This document shows, piece after piece, positions 11,396 to 24,340 of a stretch of DNA of 64,000 nt; the stretch's first letter is position 1, and every line of letters starts with the position of its first letter. The notes under the pieces are model-generated. The model ran no database searches. It was not told where the DNA came from and saw only the letters and a list, made by a program, of their open reading frames with translations. Source of the DNA: Squalus acanthias (Eukaryota); the NCBI GenBank assembly GCA_030390025.1, contig CM059431.1:102736001-102800000 (forward strand), in the 5' to 3' direction. The position numbers and the translations under genes were made by a program.

Positions 11396-12076
11396 TTTGT
11401 TTAGTGTTCTGTTTTTGCAATAAAGCTAAAATTGCCATACAATATGAAGTCACAACCCAACTGGATTCCAGAGGGGTGCAGCGAGACTCAAATTCGCTGA
11501 CAGAGCCAGTCTTACACCATTTGGGTTTGACACCAAATGGAGTACAACTCCAGTGAAGGTGGCAAAGTAAGGTTTCAAGAATGCCAAGGAGGGGTCCCTT
11601 AGACCTCCCGAGCACTTTTTTCAACATGCCCGACATTAATTAAAATGCTTGGACAGTGTGGACACCCTTGCTTTCTAAACACTTACATTTTCCATGAAAA
11701 ACTTAAGTAAATGTGGTTAACTGTGGTCAACTGGGTCTGGTTTTATTTCCAGGATGCAAGAAGCACAATTGCTGAAACAATACACTTAATAGTTACAACC
11801 CGTTAAATGCATCATGCCTAGTTCTACACCTTGCTAAGGTTGATAACTGGTATAAGTAGAGCTTGGCTAAACATAATTGGGGATCACCTCTCCCTATGTA
11901 CATATACACTTTAAGAATTTAGAAGTGTTCCAGTGGGGGACTGCAATCTATTCAAATCATCATTATAAAAATCCAAAATCTCAAGGTCTGCAACAGTGAG
12001 AAGTATAGCAACTACTCCTCCGCACGTTGTGTTGTCAAAGGCAAAATGTTTCCTCATAAAGAAATAAAAAGATAAG

Positions 12077-12695
12077 GGGCCGTATTTTGCAACCCCTATG
12101 GGTGCGTACACGCCCGTAGGGGCCACGCAAGTTCCGGGTTTAGGCATGCGAAGCGCATGAGCGAAAACCTGGAACTTGCGATGTCAAGAATTCTCTTGAG
12201 ATGATCCACATCCCCGGGAAAAGGGCCTCCGCGGGTGGAGTTGTACTTTTTGCCCAACTTCTGCCCGCTGAATGCCCTTGAAATTCTTACGCCTGGTAAA
12301 AGCAGGCATAAGGTCTGCTTTTACCAGCATAAGAGTTTTAAAAAAATAGAAAAAATAAAATTTTATCACTCAATTAGACATTAAAAACCCTGTTCACTAA
12401 GGTAAGCTTATTTTTAGCCCCGTTAAAACATAAAAAATTTTCAAAAAATTAAATTGTTTAAAATATTTAATTAAATGCATTTTAATTCATTTTAAATATG
12501 TAATTTAAAAAATATATTTATTTCATGTGTTTGTGTACTTTTTAAGTGATCCCCATTCATACTCTGCCCGTGCATACCCGGAGAGACCCAGGAGCGCAAA
12601 TCTCCAGACCTCCCGGGCCACCAGGTAAATTCATAGATTTTTTACAGGTCGGAGGCATCCGCCCGCAGGAAATCTCCGACCGCAAATTTTGGGCC
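12077..12695. mobile_element. MITE-like element with degenerate GGSCC...TTTGC termini and internal hairpins
   Basis: Termini match about 10/14. Internal inverted repeats: cccctatggg...cccgtagggg and cgcaagttccgggttt...aaacctggaacttgcg. No clear TSD. Confidence 0.55.
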
Positions 12696-13195
12696 ATTGT
12701 GAATCACCAGGGCCTCTCCTATGCAGCTGGCGCAATATGGATTCAGGCGGCCTGTTGGCTACTAGCTCTTTTGGTTATGACGGCGTCACATGGAATACCC
12801 CAATGAGTACGAGAAAATAAAATCCTTCATTAAGGCAAAAAGTTTTTTTTTAATTTGCTGTGATTCTTGGACACTGATGCAGAATTTTTTTTAAGGGTGG
12901 TCATAAACCTAGGCAACACACAAGTCAATTTCAAATAGAAACAAGATCAGTTACAAGTTAATCAAATTTGAGTAAGAGAGAGCTGAGCTAAGTTTTTTCT
13001 ACTTTATATTGAATTTTTCAACAAATAATTAAGAGACCAAAATAAAAATATTTAAAAAATTAAAACCTAGTTTACAGAAATAAGCATAAATGCACAATTC
13101 TGATTCACAGGAAGATGCAGGACTGGAATAGACTTAGTCCATCCAACTGGTCCCAAAAACTAATTTAAATTTCCCATCCCTCAAATATCTAACCA

Positions 13196-13327
13196 GTTTC
13201 GCCCTCCATTGGTTGCCGTGCCTTCATCTATCTTGGCCTCACAGTCTGGAATTCCCTCCCTAAACTACAATGTTTCTCCCAAACCTCTCCCCTTCTTTGA
13301 CCCATCTCTTTGATAGCCCATCCGCTC
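13196..13327 (+). mobile_element. Degraded L2 3' fragment, left part (continues at 19407-19510)
   Basis: ccattggttgccgtgccttc...ctggaattccctccctaaac matches the other L2 fragments; the remaining tail (ctatataaatgcaagttg) resumes after 19406. Confidence 0.65.
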
Positions 13328-13466
13328 CTTGGAGGGAGTACAGCGTAGGTTTACCAGAATGATATCCAGACTCCAAGGGTTAAATTACGAGGAGAGATTA
13401 CACAAATTAGGGCTGTATTCACTAGAATTTAGAAGGCTAAGGGGTGCTTTGATCAAAGTTTTCAAG

Positions 13467-13735
13467 GAAAGGAATCGGCAGCAGAGATGGCAGCACAGGA
13501 CAAAGAGCGCGGGGCCCAAGGCAGTGGACATGGAAGGAACCGGCAGCAGCACAGGATAAAGAGCGCGGGGCCCGAGGCAGTGGACATGAAAGGAATCGGC
13601 AGCACAGGATAAAGAGCGCGGGGCGGGGCCCGAGGCAGTGGACATGGAAGGAATCGGCAGCACAGGATAAAGAGTGCGGGGCCCGAGGCAGTGGACATGG
13701 AAGGAATCGGCAGCACAGGATAAAGAGCGCGGGGC
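13467..13735 (+). repeat. Tandem array of about 4.7 copies of a ~53-bp monomer in the CR1 5'UTR
   Basis: Unit ggaaggaatcggcagcacaggataaagagcgcggggcccgaggcagtggacat, with small indels between copies. Confidence 0.92.
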
Positions 13736-16700
13736 TGCCGAATTCCAAAAGAACAGCAAAAACAAGGAGTGACGTCAAAGGGCTGCAGGTAGGTGATTGG
13801 TGGGTATTAGTGTTTTATTCTCTCTAATTTAACTAGATAAACTAATTAATATAACAAATAATCATGCGAATAAAGACTTTAACTAAGAGAGCGAGGGAAG
13901 CAGCCGGAGGTAAAGGTAGGCCCGAATTTTAAGACTTAGTCTTAAGTTTATTTCTGTAAGTTAGTTAATAATCTATTAAATAGAGGCATGGCAGGGCACC
14001 TCGGTCCCACAGAATGCACATCCTGTGCCATGTGGGAAATCCAGGACGCTTCCAGTGTCCTGGACAACCACGTTTGCAGGAGGTGTCGTCAGCTGGAGGA
14101 GTTCAAGCTCCGGGTTTCGGAGTTTGAGCAGCAGCTGGCGTCACTGCGGTGCATCCGGGAAGCTGAGAGCTTCGTGGATAGCACGTTTCAGGAGGTGGTC
14201 ACCCCGCAGCTAAGCAGTGCGCGGGCAGAGAGGGAATGGGAGACCGCCAGACAGAAGAGGAAGACCAGGCAGGTAGTGCAGGAGTCCCGAGTGCATCTTG
14301 CTCTCCAACCAGTATTCGGTTCTGAGTACTGGTGAGGGCATTGGTTCCTCTGGCTTGTACAGCCAGAGCCAAGTCCACGGCACCACAGGTGGCTCAGTTG
14401 TACAAGGGGGGAGGAAAAAGAGTGAGAGAGCAATAGTAGTAGGGGATTGGATAGTTAGAGCAGACGACAGGTGTTTCTGCAGCCGCAGACGTGACTCCAG
14501 GATGGTATGTTGCCTCCCTGGTGCCAGGGTTAAGGATGTCTCTGAGCGGCTGCAGAATATTCTGAGGGGGGGGGGGGGTGAACAGCCAGAGGTCATGGTC
14601 CATATTGGTACCAACGACATAGGTAGGAAGAGGGATGAGGTCCTGCAGGCAGATTTCAGGGACCTAGGAAATAGATTAAAAAGCAGGACCTCAAAGGTAG
14701 TAATCTCCAGATTACTCCCGGTGCCATGCATGAGTATAGAAATAGGAGGATAGAGCAGATGAATGCGTGGCTGGGGAGATGGTGCAGGAGGGAGGGCATT
14801 GGGACCGGTTCGGAGGGAGGTGGGGCCTGTACAGGCCGGATGGGTTGCACCTCAACAGGGCCAGAACCAATATCCTCGCGGGGAGGTTTGCTAGTGCTGT
14901 TGGGGAGGGTTTAAACTAATTTGGCAGAGGGATGGGCACCAGGATGTAACATTAGAAAGGAGAAATAAAGTGCTCAAAGGATTGGGAGAGGCAGAGAGCA
15001 CTAAAGTAAGAAATAGTAAGGTATTAGGTGGGGTCAAACTAAGAGAGAATACAGGATGGTCTAAGATGGGTTTACAGTGTACGTATGTGAACGCATGAAG
15101 CGTAGTAAACAAGGTAAGTGAGCTGCAGCCACAATTAGCCACATGGGAATATGATGTTGCAGGCAATAATGGAAACCTGGCTCAGAAAATGGCAGGATTG
15201 GGTATTAAACATTTCTGGTTATAAGGTGTTCAGGAAAGATGGGAGGTGGTGTGGTAGTATTGGTTAAGGAGAATGTTAGTGCTGGAGAGGGAGGATGCCC
15301 TGGAAGGGTCAAGGCCAGAATCTATATGGCTAGAGTTAAGAAATAATGGAGGTGCCATTACACTACTAGGTGTATTCTACAGACCACCAAATAGTGGGAA
15401 AGATATAGAAGAGCAAATTTGCAGAGAGGTGCAAGAACTATAGAGTAGTAATAATGGGGGACTTTAACTATCCCAATATAGACTGGGATCGTAATAGTGT
15501 AAAGGGCAGAGAAGGGGAAGAATTTCTGAAGTGTTTTCAGGAGAACTTTCTTGATCAGTATGTTTCCGGCCCGATGAGGGAGGAGGTATTGCTGGATCTG
15601 GTTCTGGGGCATGAGGTCGGTCAAATAGAGCAAGTGTCAGCAGGTGAACATTTAGGGAACAGTGATCATAGTATCATAAGGTTTAGATTAGCTATGGAAA
15701 AGGACAGGGAGCAATCGCGAGTTAAAATGTTTAACTGGGGGAAGGCCAATTTCAGTGGGATGAGAACGGATCTGGCCCGGGGAAACTGGAATCAAAGATT
15801 GGCAGGCAAAACTGTAATGGAACAATGGGCTGCCTTTAAAGAGGAAATAGTTCAGGTACAGTTAAGGTACATTCTCACTCGGGGGAAAGGCAGGGCAACT
15901 GAAGTAATGACGAAACAGATAGAGAATATGATGAAGCAGAAAAAGAGCACGTATGATAGATGTCAGGTTGCAAGTACATCTGAGAATCAGGCTATATATA
16001 GAAAGGTCAGAGGAGAAGTAAAAAAGAAAATAAGAGGGGCAAAGAGAGGGTATGAGAACAGAATGGCAGCCAACATAAAAAGTAATCCAAAAGTCTTCTA
16101 TAGGCATATAAATAGTAAAAGGGTAGTAAGAGGAGGGGTGGGGCCGATTAGAGACCAATAAAAGAGACCTATGCATGGAGGCAGAGGGTATGGCTGAGGT
16201 ACTAAATGAGTACTTTGCATCTGTCTTCACCAAGGAAGAGGATGCTGTCATAAACAGTGAAGGAGGTGGTAGTGGAGACACTTGATAGGATAAAAATTGA
16301 TAAAGAAGCAGTATTACAAAGGCTGGCTGTACTTAAAAGTAGATAAATCACCAGGAGCGGACGGGATGCATCCTAGGATGCTGAGGGAAGAGGGCAGAAA
16401 TCGCAGAGGTACTGGTCATAATATTCCAATCCTCCATAGATACGGGGGTGGTGCCAGAGGACTGGAGAATTGCAAATGTTACACCATTATTCAAAAAAAG
16501 GGTGTAAAGATAAACCCAGCAACTACAGGCCAGTCAGTTTAACCTTGGTAGTGGGGAAGCTTTTAGAAACAGTAATCAAGGACAAAATTAACAGTCACTT
16601 GGATGGGTGTGGATTAATTAAGGAAAGCCAGTACGGATTTGTTAAAGGCAAATCGTGTTTAACCAACTTGATCGTGTTTTTTGATGAGGTAACAGAGAGG

Positions 16701-17889
16701 GTTGATGAGAGTAATGCGGTTGACGTAGAGTCCATGGATTTCCAAAATGCGTTTGACAAAGTGCCACATAATAGCCTTGCCAGCAAAGTTGAAGCGCATG
16801 GAATAAAAGGAACAGTGGCAGCATGGATACGAAATTGGCTAAGTGACAGGAAACAGAGAGTAGTGGTGAACAGTTGTTTTTCGGACTGGAGGAAGGTATA
16901 CAGTGGTATTCCCCAGGGGTCGGTTCTAGGACCACTGCTTTTCTGGACATATAATCATGATTTGGACGTGGGTGTACCGGGCACAATTTCAAAATCTGCA
17001 GATGACACAAAACTTGGAAGTATAGTGAACAGTGAGGAGGAGAGTGATAGACTTAAGGGAGACAGACAGGTGAAATAGGCGGACACGTGGCAGATGAAAT
17101 TTAACGCAGAAAAGTGTGAAGTGATACATTTTGATAGAAAGAATGAGGAGAGGACATATAAACTAAAGGGTACAATCCTAAAGGGGGTGCACGAACAGAG
17201 AGACCTGGGGGTATGTGTACACAAATCGTTGAAGGTGGCAGGGCAGGTTGAGAAAGCAGTTAAAAAAGCTTACGGGATCCTGCACTTCATAAATAGAGGC
17301 ATAGAGTACAAAAGTGTGGAAATTATGAACCACCTGTATAAAACACTGGTTCAGCCCCAACTGGAGTATTGTGTCCAATTCTGGACACCGCATTTTCGGA
17401 AGGATGTGAAGGCCTTGGAGAGGGTGCAGAAAAGATTTACGAGAATGATTCCAGGAATGAGGGACTTTAGTTACGTTGATAGACTGGAGAAGCTGGGGTT
17501 GTTCTCCTTAGAGCAGAGAAGATTGAGAGGAGATTTGATAGAGGTGTTCAAAATCATGAGGGGTCTGGACAGAGTAGCTAGAGAGAGACTGTTCCCACTG
17601 GCAGAAGGGTCGAGAACCAGAGGATACAGATTCAAGGTGATTGGCAAAAGAACCAAAGGCGACGCAAGAAAAAACTCTTTTACGCAGTGAGTGGTTAAGA
17701 TCTGGAATGCACTGCCTGAAAGGCTGGTGGAGGCAGACTCAATCTTATCTTCAAAAGGGAGTTGGATAAGTATCTGAAGGAAAAAAATTTGCAGGGCTAT
17801 GGGGAAAGGGCAGGGGAGTGGGACTAGCTGAGAGTTGGCACGGGCTCGACGGGCTGAATGACCTTCTTCCGTGCTGTAACCATTCTATG
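13467..17889 (+). mobile_element. Near-full-length CR1 LINE (copy B), both ORFs frameshifted
   Basis: Tandem-repeat 5'UTR; ORF1 from ATG 13988 (CxxC, HIGTND, DGLHLN); ORF2 about 15066-17828 with EN and RT motifs; tail cattctatg. Confidence 0.93.
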
Positions 17890-18241
17890 ATATTAAAGGG
17901 AACAGATAGGGTAGATAGAGAGAAACTATTTCCAATGGCTGGGGAGTCTAGGACTAGGGGGCATAGTCGAAAAATTAGAAACCAGAACTTTCAGGAGTGA
18001 AATTAGGAAACACTTCTACACACAAAGGGTGGTAGAAGTTTGGAACTCCGCAAATGGTAATTGATGCTAGATCAATTGTTAATTTTAAATCTGAGATTGA
18101 TAGCTTTCTGTTAACCAAAGGTATTAAGGGATATGGGCCAAAGGCGGGTATATGGAGTTAGGTTGCAGATCAGCCATGATCTCATTGAATGGCAGAACAG
18201 GCTCGAGGGGCTAAATAGCCTACTCCTGTTCCTATGTTCCT

Positions 18242-19406
18242 AGGAAGGCGTTTGACAAAGTACCACATAGAAGGCTGGTTAACAAAATTGGGGCTCATGG
18301 AATAGGTGGGTCAGTGGCAGCTTGGATAAGGAATTGGCTTAAGGACAGAAAACAGCAAGTTGTGGTAAATGGCTGTTTTTCAGACTGGAGGATGGTAGAC
18401 AGTGGTGTTCCCCAAGGGTCAGTGCTGGGGCCACTGCTTTTTTTGATATATATGACCTGGATATTGGAATACAGAGTAGAATTTCTAAATTTGCCAATAA
18501 CACCATACTTGGGGGTGTGGCAAACAGTGAGGATGATACCAATCGACTGCAACAGGACATAGAAAGGCTAGCAGAATGGGCAGACAAGTGGCAGATGGAA
18601 TTTAATACTGAGAAGTGTGAGGTGATGCATTTTGGCAGAAGGAACAGGGATAGGCAATATACACTTAATGGCACAGTTTGAGAGTGTGTAGGGCCAGAGG
18701 GACCTGGGAGTTAATGTGCATAGGTCCCTGAAGGTGGCAGGACATATTGAGAGAGTGGTTAGCAAAGCATATGGGATCTTGGGTTTCATAAATAGAGCTA
18801 TTGAGTACAAAAGCAGAGAAGTTATGCTGAATCTTTATAAAGCGCTGGTTAGGCCACAACTGGAGCATTGGGTCCAGTTCTGGTCACCACACTTTAGGAA
18901 AGATGTGAAGGCTCGAGAGGGTGCAGAGATTTACCAGAATGATTCCGGGGATGGGGGATCTTGGCTACAAGGATAGGTTGGAGAAGCTGGATTTGTTTTC
19001 ATTAGAGCAAAGGAGGTTGAGGGGTGATTTGATAGAGGTATACAAGATTATGACGGGTTTGGATAGGCTAGACGGGGAAAGGTTGTTCCCACTAGTTGAT
19101 GGTACAAGGACTAGGGGACACAGATTTAAGGTTTTGGGCAAGAAATACAGAGGAGGATGTGAGGAAAAACTTTTTTACGCAGCGAGTGGTGATGACCTGG
19201 AACTCGCTGCCAACGGAAGTGGTGGAAGCGGACACACTCAATGTTTTCAAGAGAAGACTGGACAGGCACTTGAGGGAAATAAACTTGCAGGGCTACAGGG
19301 ATACAGCGGGGGAGTGGGACTGACTAGATTGCTCTGCAGAGAGCCGGCACGGACTCAATGGGCCGAATGACCTCCTTCTGTGCCGTTATGACTCTATGAC
19401 ACTATG
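18242..19406 (+). mobile_element. 5'-truncated CR1 (RT C-terminal half plus 3' tail)
   Basis: KAFDKVPH, GVPQGSVLGPLL, ...GEWD; tail gactctatgacactatga. Confidence 0.9.
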
Positions 19407-22073
19407 AAATCTAACTCTTTGGCTCAGCATTTTTTTTTGATTGTTCCTCTGAAGTGCCATGGGACATATTTCAACGCTAAAGGCTCTATATAAATGCAAG
19501 TTGATGGTGTAAGGTTGTAGGAGAACCTAGGAGAGAAAAACAATTACCTCACAAAATTATTTACAAAGAGACATTTATGCCGAAGAAGGCGTGACTACAA
19601 ACCTTTTTCTATTGCAGTAATTTCCTACGTGCTTTCCTCGGTTCCGAAATCTACAGTGCTTTTTGCACAGATCTATCACTGGCAACTGGAAAATATACTG
19701 CAATCTCTCAAATGTAAAGCCAGGATATGTCATTAATAATGAACTTTACAATACAAAATATAAGAAACTACTAAAAATTTAGATTTTGACGTTACTGTCC
19801 ATTCCAGCAACTTTGGGGAAATGTGTATTACTCGCTTCAATTTCAAGTGGTACAGTCAAAGTAAATAGAGAAAATTAGTTTGTCAAGAGAAAATTACTCA
19901 GAACATAGTGAACAGTGATGTCATGGAGATTTCCTAATACTTACTTTGAAATAAGCTTACAGACTACATCAAATTTTGATATATTTCTCTAAGGACCTTC
20001 CTTCTTTCAAGTAAATGCATCTGCAACATACTGAACTCCTTAACAAATGAGAAGGAAAAGTTAAGGAAAAAACATTGTGCGTCTCCCCAAACCTTAAAAA
20101 AATCCAAAACCATTAAGTGGCAGCCTTTAAACACATTTCCCTTTTGAGCAATTCCCAAAATAGGAAACATAAGGCGTTCAATTCTACAGATACAATTCTT
20201 CCCAGCACTCAGTAAGCATTGCATTTTATGTCAATGAAATAAACTCAAACAAAATGTCTAAATTGGGAGGGTTAGCCAATTTATAACCTTGTACTTGTTT
20301 CGAAAAAAAGAAACTTCTCTGTTCCAATTGAAACCAACAAAACGTGTAGAATTTTCAATATTACTTACATCCTCCTCATGCCTCATCCAGATTTAACAGT
20401 AGCAGGAGATCAGCACATGATTTGCATTCACATACGAGCCAATTTAAACAAAGGGGATGCAAAAAAAGAACAGTCTATTTCATGACAAATGGTATAGACC
20501 CAGCACTGTACTGTTCACAGTAATATCCAACATAGACTTTCTTCATCAGTACTGCAGTAAACAGTACTACACAATCAAGTAGTTATGTGAGGAGCTGAAA
20601 TGAAGGACCACACCCTTGCTGACTGGAGCTGGATTTGTGGCAGAATGACTTTGACAATGTCAGATTTTCCTTCCACCCCTCCCATTGGAATGTTTGCCAT
20701 TATGAAGTGCTCCACCCACGCGGCCTGGCCAAGAACTAATGAAATTGCCTGGCCAGGCAATCTGAACGACAGGCACCCCAGGAACTCAAACCTTCCACCA
20801 CCTTACTAAAAACCTGCAATGTAGCACCTAGGTTTCTCATTTGCTGGGATTGTCGTAAAGTTTGCAAAACTATTTTTACTAATCCAACTATGGTGTAGGT
20901 TGAGAAAAACCAACAGCAATCGAGCATCTTTCCTGGGTAATTTAACTTGCAGCATGTGCAGTGTGCAAATTAGATTTATTTTAAAATTAATGAGTTTGCT
21001 TTCATACTGCACTAGAACTGGAAGTATCATTAGTAACCAACGTGCAGTGCAACACCTCCCTCACACAAAGAACTCAGCAATATAACAGCTAACTTTCTGC
21101 AGCATTTTGCCTGATAAAAAGTGGACCATGCAGTAGAAATATTTTTTTTAAAGTTACTTTACAAGGTTTTCAGTCTCTTATATTCTGCAATTTGATTTGA
21201 CAAATAGCTGTATTTTTTCTGGTTGCTTGGAGCGAGAATGCTCAAAATTAAAACTGAGCCCAGAGAAACACCTTTACTTCAAGTACGCACACCCTGGACA
21301 AGCTTGAAATAATTTGCAAGGATTGGTTCAATTAGTACTGTAACTGTAACAGTTCCAGGAACTGCAGCTGAAAAGACAGCTTATGGTTCCTTTTTTCCTG
21401 TGATAGCTGAACCTAAAGATTATGAACTTTAGAGAAAGGTACACATTAAATTCCATGAACACTTTCTTTTGATAAGGATTCACTACTGTATATTCTTGTG
21501 GAGGCATTTTCCAAACAGGATGGCTTTGTTCGAACAGAGCCTGTAATGATTACATTTTAAATCATAGCCAAGGGTGGGGCATCCTGTCTTTTTTTGTCTG
21601 CTCATGTCAATAATGTTATTGGGCAACAATCAGGCTCAAACATAAAAGTTCAGAGCTAACACTGAAAGTTTAAGCCCAAGATGTCAGTAAGCCCTAAAGC
21701 TTTAAATTCCTATGTCTACACTCGTTGGAAGGGCATTAAGATTAAAGGGGAAAAGAAAGTCTGGGGGTGGAGGGAAATATAGGAGATAGTATTTCCTCTT
21801 CAATGATCATAAAAAGAAAAGGTAATTTTTTTTTTTACAAGAGAGAACCTTACATTTCCTAACCAAACACCCACCATTTACAGGACCACTCCAAGAGCAT
21901 TCAAGTGAATTAATTTAATGCTACCTTGTATCAGGGCAAACCAGAGCCACCTAATCTTGGAAAAAAAATTTGCAACTGGCTGGGTATGCTGCATACTTTG
22001 CCCGAGTGCGTTTTCCCCAGAGTCAGTTGGCTCCCAGACTGATCTGATACTTCTGAATCCCATTAATAGGGGG

Positions 22074-22305
22074 TACGGCAGCATTGTGGTTATGTTACTG
22101 GACTCGTAATCCAGAGGTCTGGACTAATGATCCACGAGTTCAAATCCCACCACGGTAGCTGGGGAATTTAAATTCAGTTAATTAAATAAATCTGGAATAA
22201 AAAACTATCGTCAGTAATGGTGACCATGAAACTACCGGATTGTCGTAAAAGCCCATCTGGTTCACTAATTTAGGGAAGGAAATCTGCCTTCCTTACCCGG
22301 TCTAG
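22074..22305 (+). mobile_element. tRNA-derived SINE (second family), 3'-truncated
   Basis: tRNA-like head with a box B-like gagttcaaatccc, followed by a non-tRNA body. Confidence 0.6.
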
Positions 22306-23146
22306 CCCAGGCAGCTTTTCTCCTCAGTAACACCACCGGACTGATCTGATAGGGAAGGAGACCCAAAATAATGGTTATATATTAGGGCAGGAAATTTAAC
22401 ATCCTTTTAAAAAAGGTAATAAATATTTTTATAACTCTTTGCACCATGGACAGTGGGGGGGTGGGGTGTACTTTGAAGAGAGTATACACTCCCCAAGATT
22501 TTCTTTCTCCTTTAATCTGCAAATTTATTCCACATTCCTGCATTAAACATTTTGTGCTAGTGGTACTGTTAATGAATATTCTTTTGCCATCTTGACTGAG
22601 TTAAACTCACCATTAAAAAACAGCATGCTTTTCATTATAATATGGAAGTTAGTAAGCAGCAAGAATAGGCACAATAGGCTGCTTGCTACAGCAAGTTAGT
22701 GTTGAAAATTCAGAAAATAACATGTAATGTTTAATATAATGCGAGATGTTGATTCAAACCAAAATTTGTAGTGATTGCCATCACTTCTGACCCAAGATGC
22801 TATTCATTATACCATAGTTGGAACCAATCGCTGAGTCATTCTAAGAGTTGTGCTGCACAGATTAAGACAGTGTTAGGTCCATAAAAATCATCTGAATAGC
22901 AAAAGCCACAGCACATTTATCTTTTTATTCAGACAGGCCAATATTACAAATAACATATTAATGTTTAACTTGGCAGTAAAATCACTACCACTCCTCGCCA
23001 TTGTTCATTTTACGAAAGGGAATATAAATTACCAAATGGAAAAAACTTATAACAAAACCATATTGCAAATTATCTGCATTATATATATTTTTATGAAAGG
23101 TTTTTTTTTTTGGGGGGGGGGGGGCGAAGAGGAGTAAATACTAAGC

Positions 23147-23610
23147 TGTCAGCCGTGGCTCAGTGGGTAGCACCCTCGCCTCTGAGTCAGAAGGTTGTGG
23201 GTTTATGTCCCACTCCAGAGACTTGAGCACAAAAATCTAGGCTGACACTCCAGTGCAGTGCTGAGGGAGCGCCGCACTGTTGGAGGTGCTGTCTTTCGGA
23301 TGAGGCGTTAAACCGAGGCCCCGTCTGCTCTCTCAGGTGGATGTAAAAGATCCCATGGCAGTATTTCGAAGAAGAGTAGGGGAGTTATTCCCAGTGTCCT
23401 GGCCAATATTTATTCCTCAATCAACATCACTAAAACAGATTATCCGGTCATTATCACATTGCTGTTTGTGGGAGCTTGCTGGGCGCAAACAGGCTGTCGC
23501 ATTTCCTACATTACAACAGTGACTACACATTAAAAAGTACTTCATTGGTTGTAAAGTGCTTTGGGACATCCGGTGGTCGTGAAAGGCACTATAGAAATGC
23601 AAGTCTTTCC
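23147..23610 (+). mobile_element. tRNA-derived SINE with L2-like tail (Deu-domain / SacSINE1-like)
   Basis: Box A tggctcagtgg, degenerate box B, a conserved body shared with three other full copies in the window, and a tail matching the L2 3' end. The family name is from recall and not verified. Confidence 0.85.
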
Positions 23611-24115
23611 TTTCCCCCCCTATATAAATGGTACAGTTAGGTGCTCAAAGCATCGAGTAGGCTCAGACTAAAGATGCTTTTACAGTACCGAAGTGCCATG
23701 CTGGTGCTGCTGGCTCCCCTACGTGTGGGTCTCAGGCAGCCAGTAGTAACATCAAAGTAAGCTTGCTGGATTTGTTAAAGCTGGCAGCAACAAAGACCCA
23801 TTTTTAAATTGTAGGCATCAGAAGCTGGCAGTACTCACACAGCACTAAACAGAAATAAAAACAGTTATTACCGTTATTATTCTGAAAGACTGTCTTGTTC
23901 ACCAGCAGAATAATTGTGACAACTGGGGAAGGCGCCGGACAAAAGCGGCTTTCATACTGCATGAAACTTGTGCTGTAGTCACTGCTTCCCAATGCATAGG
24001 TCTGGTGCAGCCAGTGACAACCCCAAAGTGAACTCTCCAGATTCCCTAAAGCTGGTTTAAAAAAAAAAAACGATCTTCCTGGCCACCAATTTAAGTGAAT
24101 CCAGCAAGTATACTT

Positions 24116-24340
24116 TGAAATAACAACAGAAAACGCTGGAAAAACTCAGCAGGCCAGGCAGCATCCGTGGAGAGAGAAACAGAGTCAACGTTTCAGGTCG
24201 ATGACCTTTTGTCAGAACTGGAAAAAAAGCAGGAAATGAAATAGATTTAAAGCAAGTATAAAGCCACCTGCTGAGTATTTCCAGCATTTTCTGCTTATAT
24301 TTTAGATTTCCAGCATCCGCAGTATTTTACCTTTTGTATT
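24116..24340. mobile_element. Penelope terminal-repeat fragment plus inverted partial copy, flanked by a 10-bp TSD
   Basis: 24116-24260 matches 9630-9770; 24267-24335 is an inverted copy of the terminus; flanks aagtatactt / aagtttactt. Confidence 0.75.

Larger units (their letters stand above)
13328..18241 (+). mobile_element. CR1 3' fragment (13328-13466 plus 17890-18241) split by CR1 copy B
   Basis: The reading frame ...GALIKVFK | ILKGTDRVDREKLFP rejoins across the insertion; tail tgttcctatgttcc. Confidence 0.85.

Noticed and set aside
10314..11636. 440-aa ORF as a chimeric host gene
   Set aside because: The first ~80 codons are read-through from flanking DNA beyond the Penelope truncation point; no promoter or splice evidence.
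13385..13778. Repetitive Cys/Pro-rich ORFs, or a CRISPR-like array
   Set aside because: These are translations of the 53-bp tandem repeat; units are contiguous with no unique spacers and there are no cas genes.
23147..23220. tRNA genes (also at about 22074, 27360, 49130 and 52370)
   Set aside because: The tRNA-like heads continue into SINE bodies and tails; they are not standalone tRNAs.
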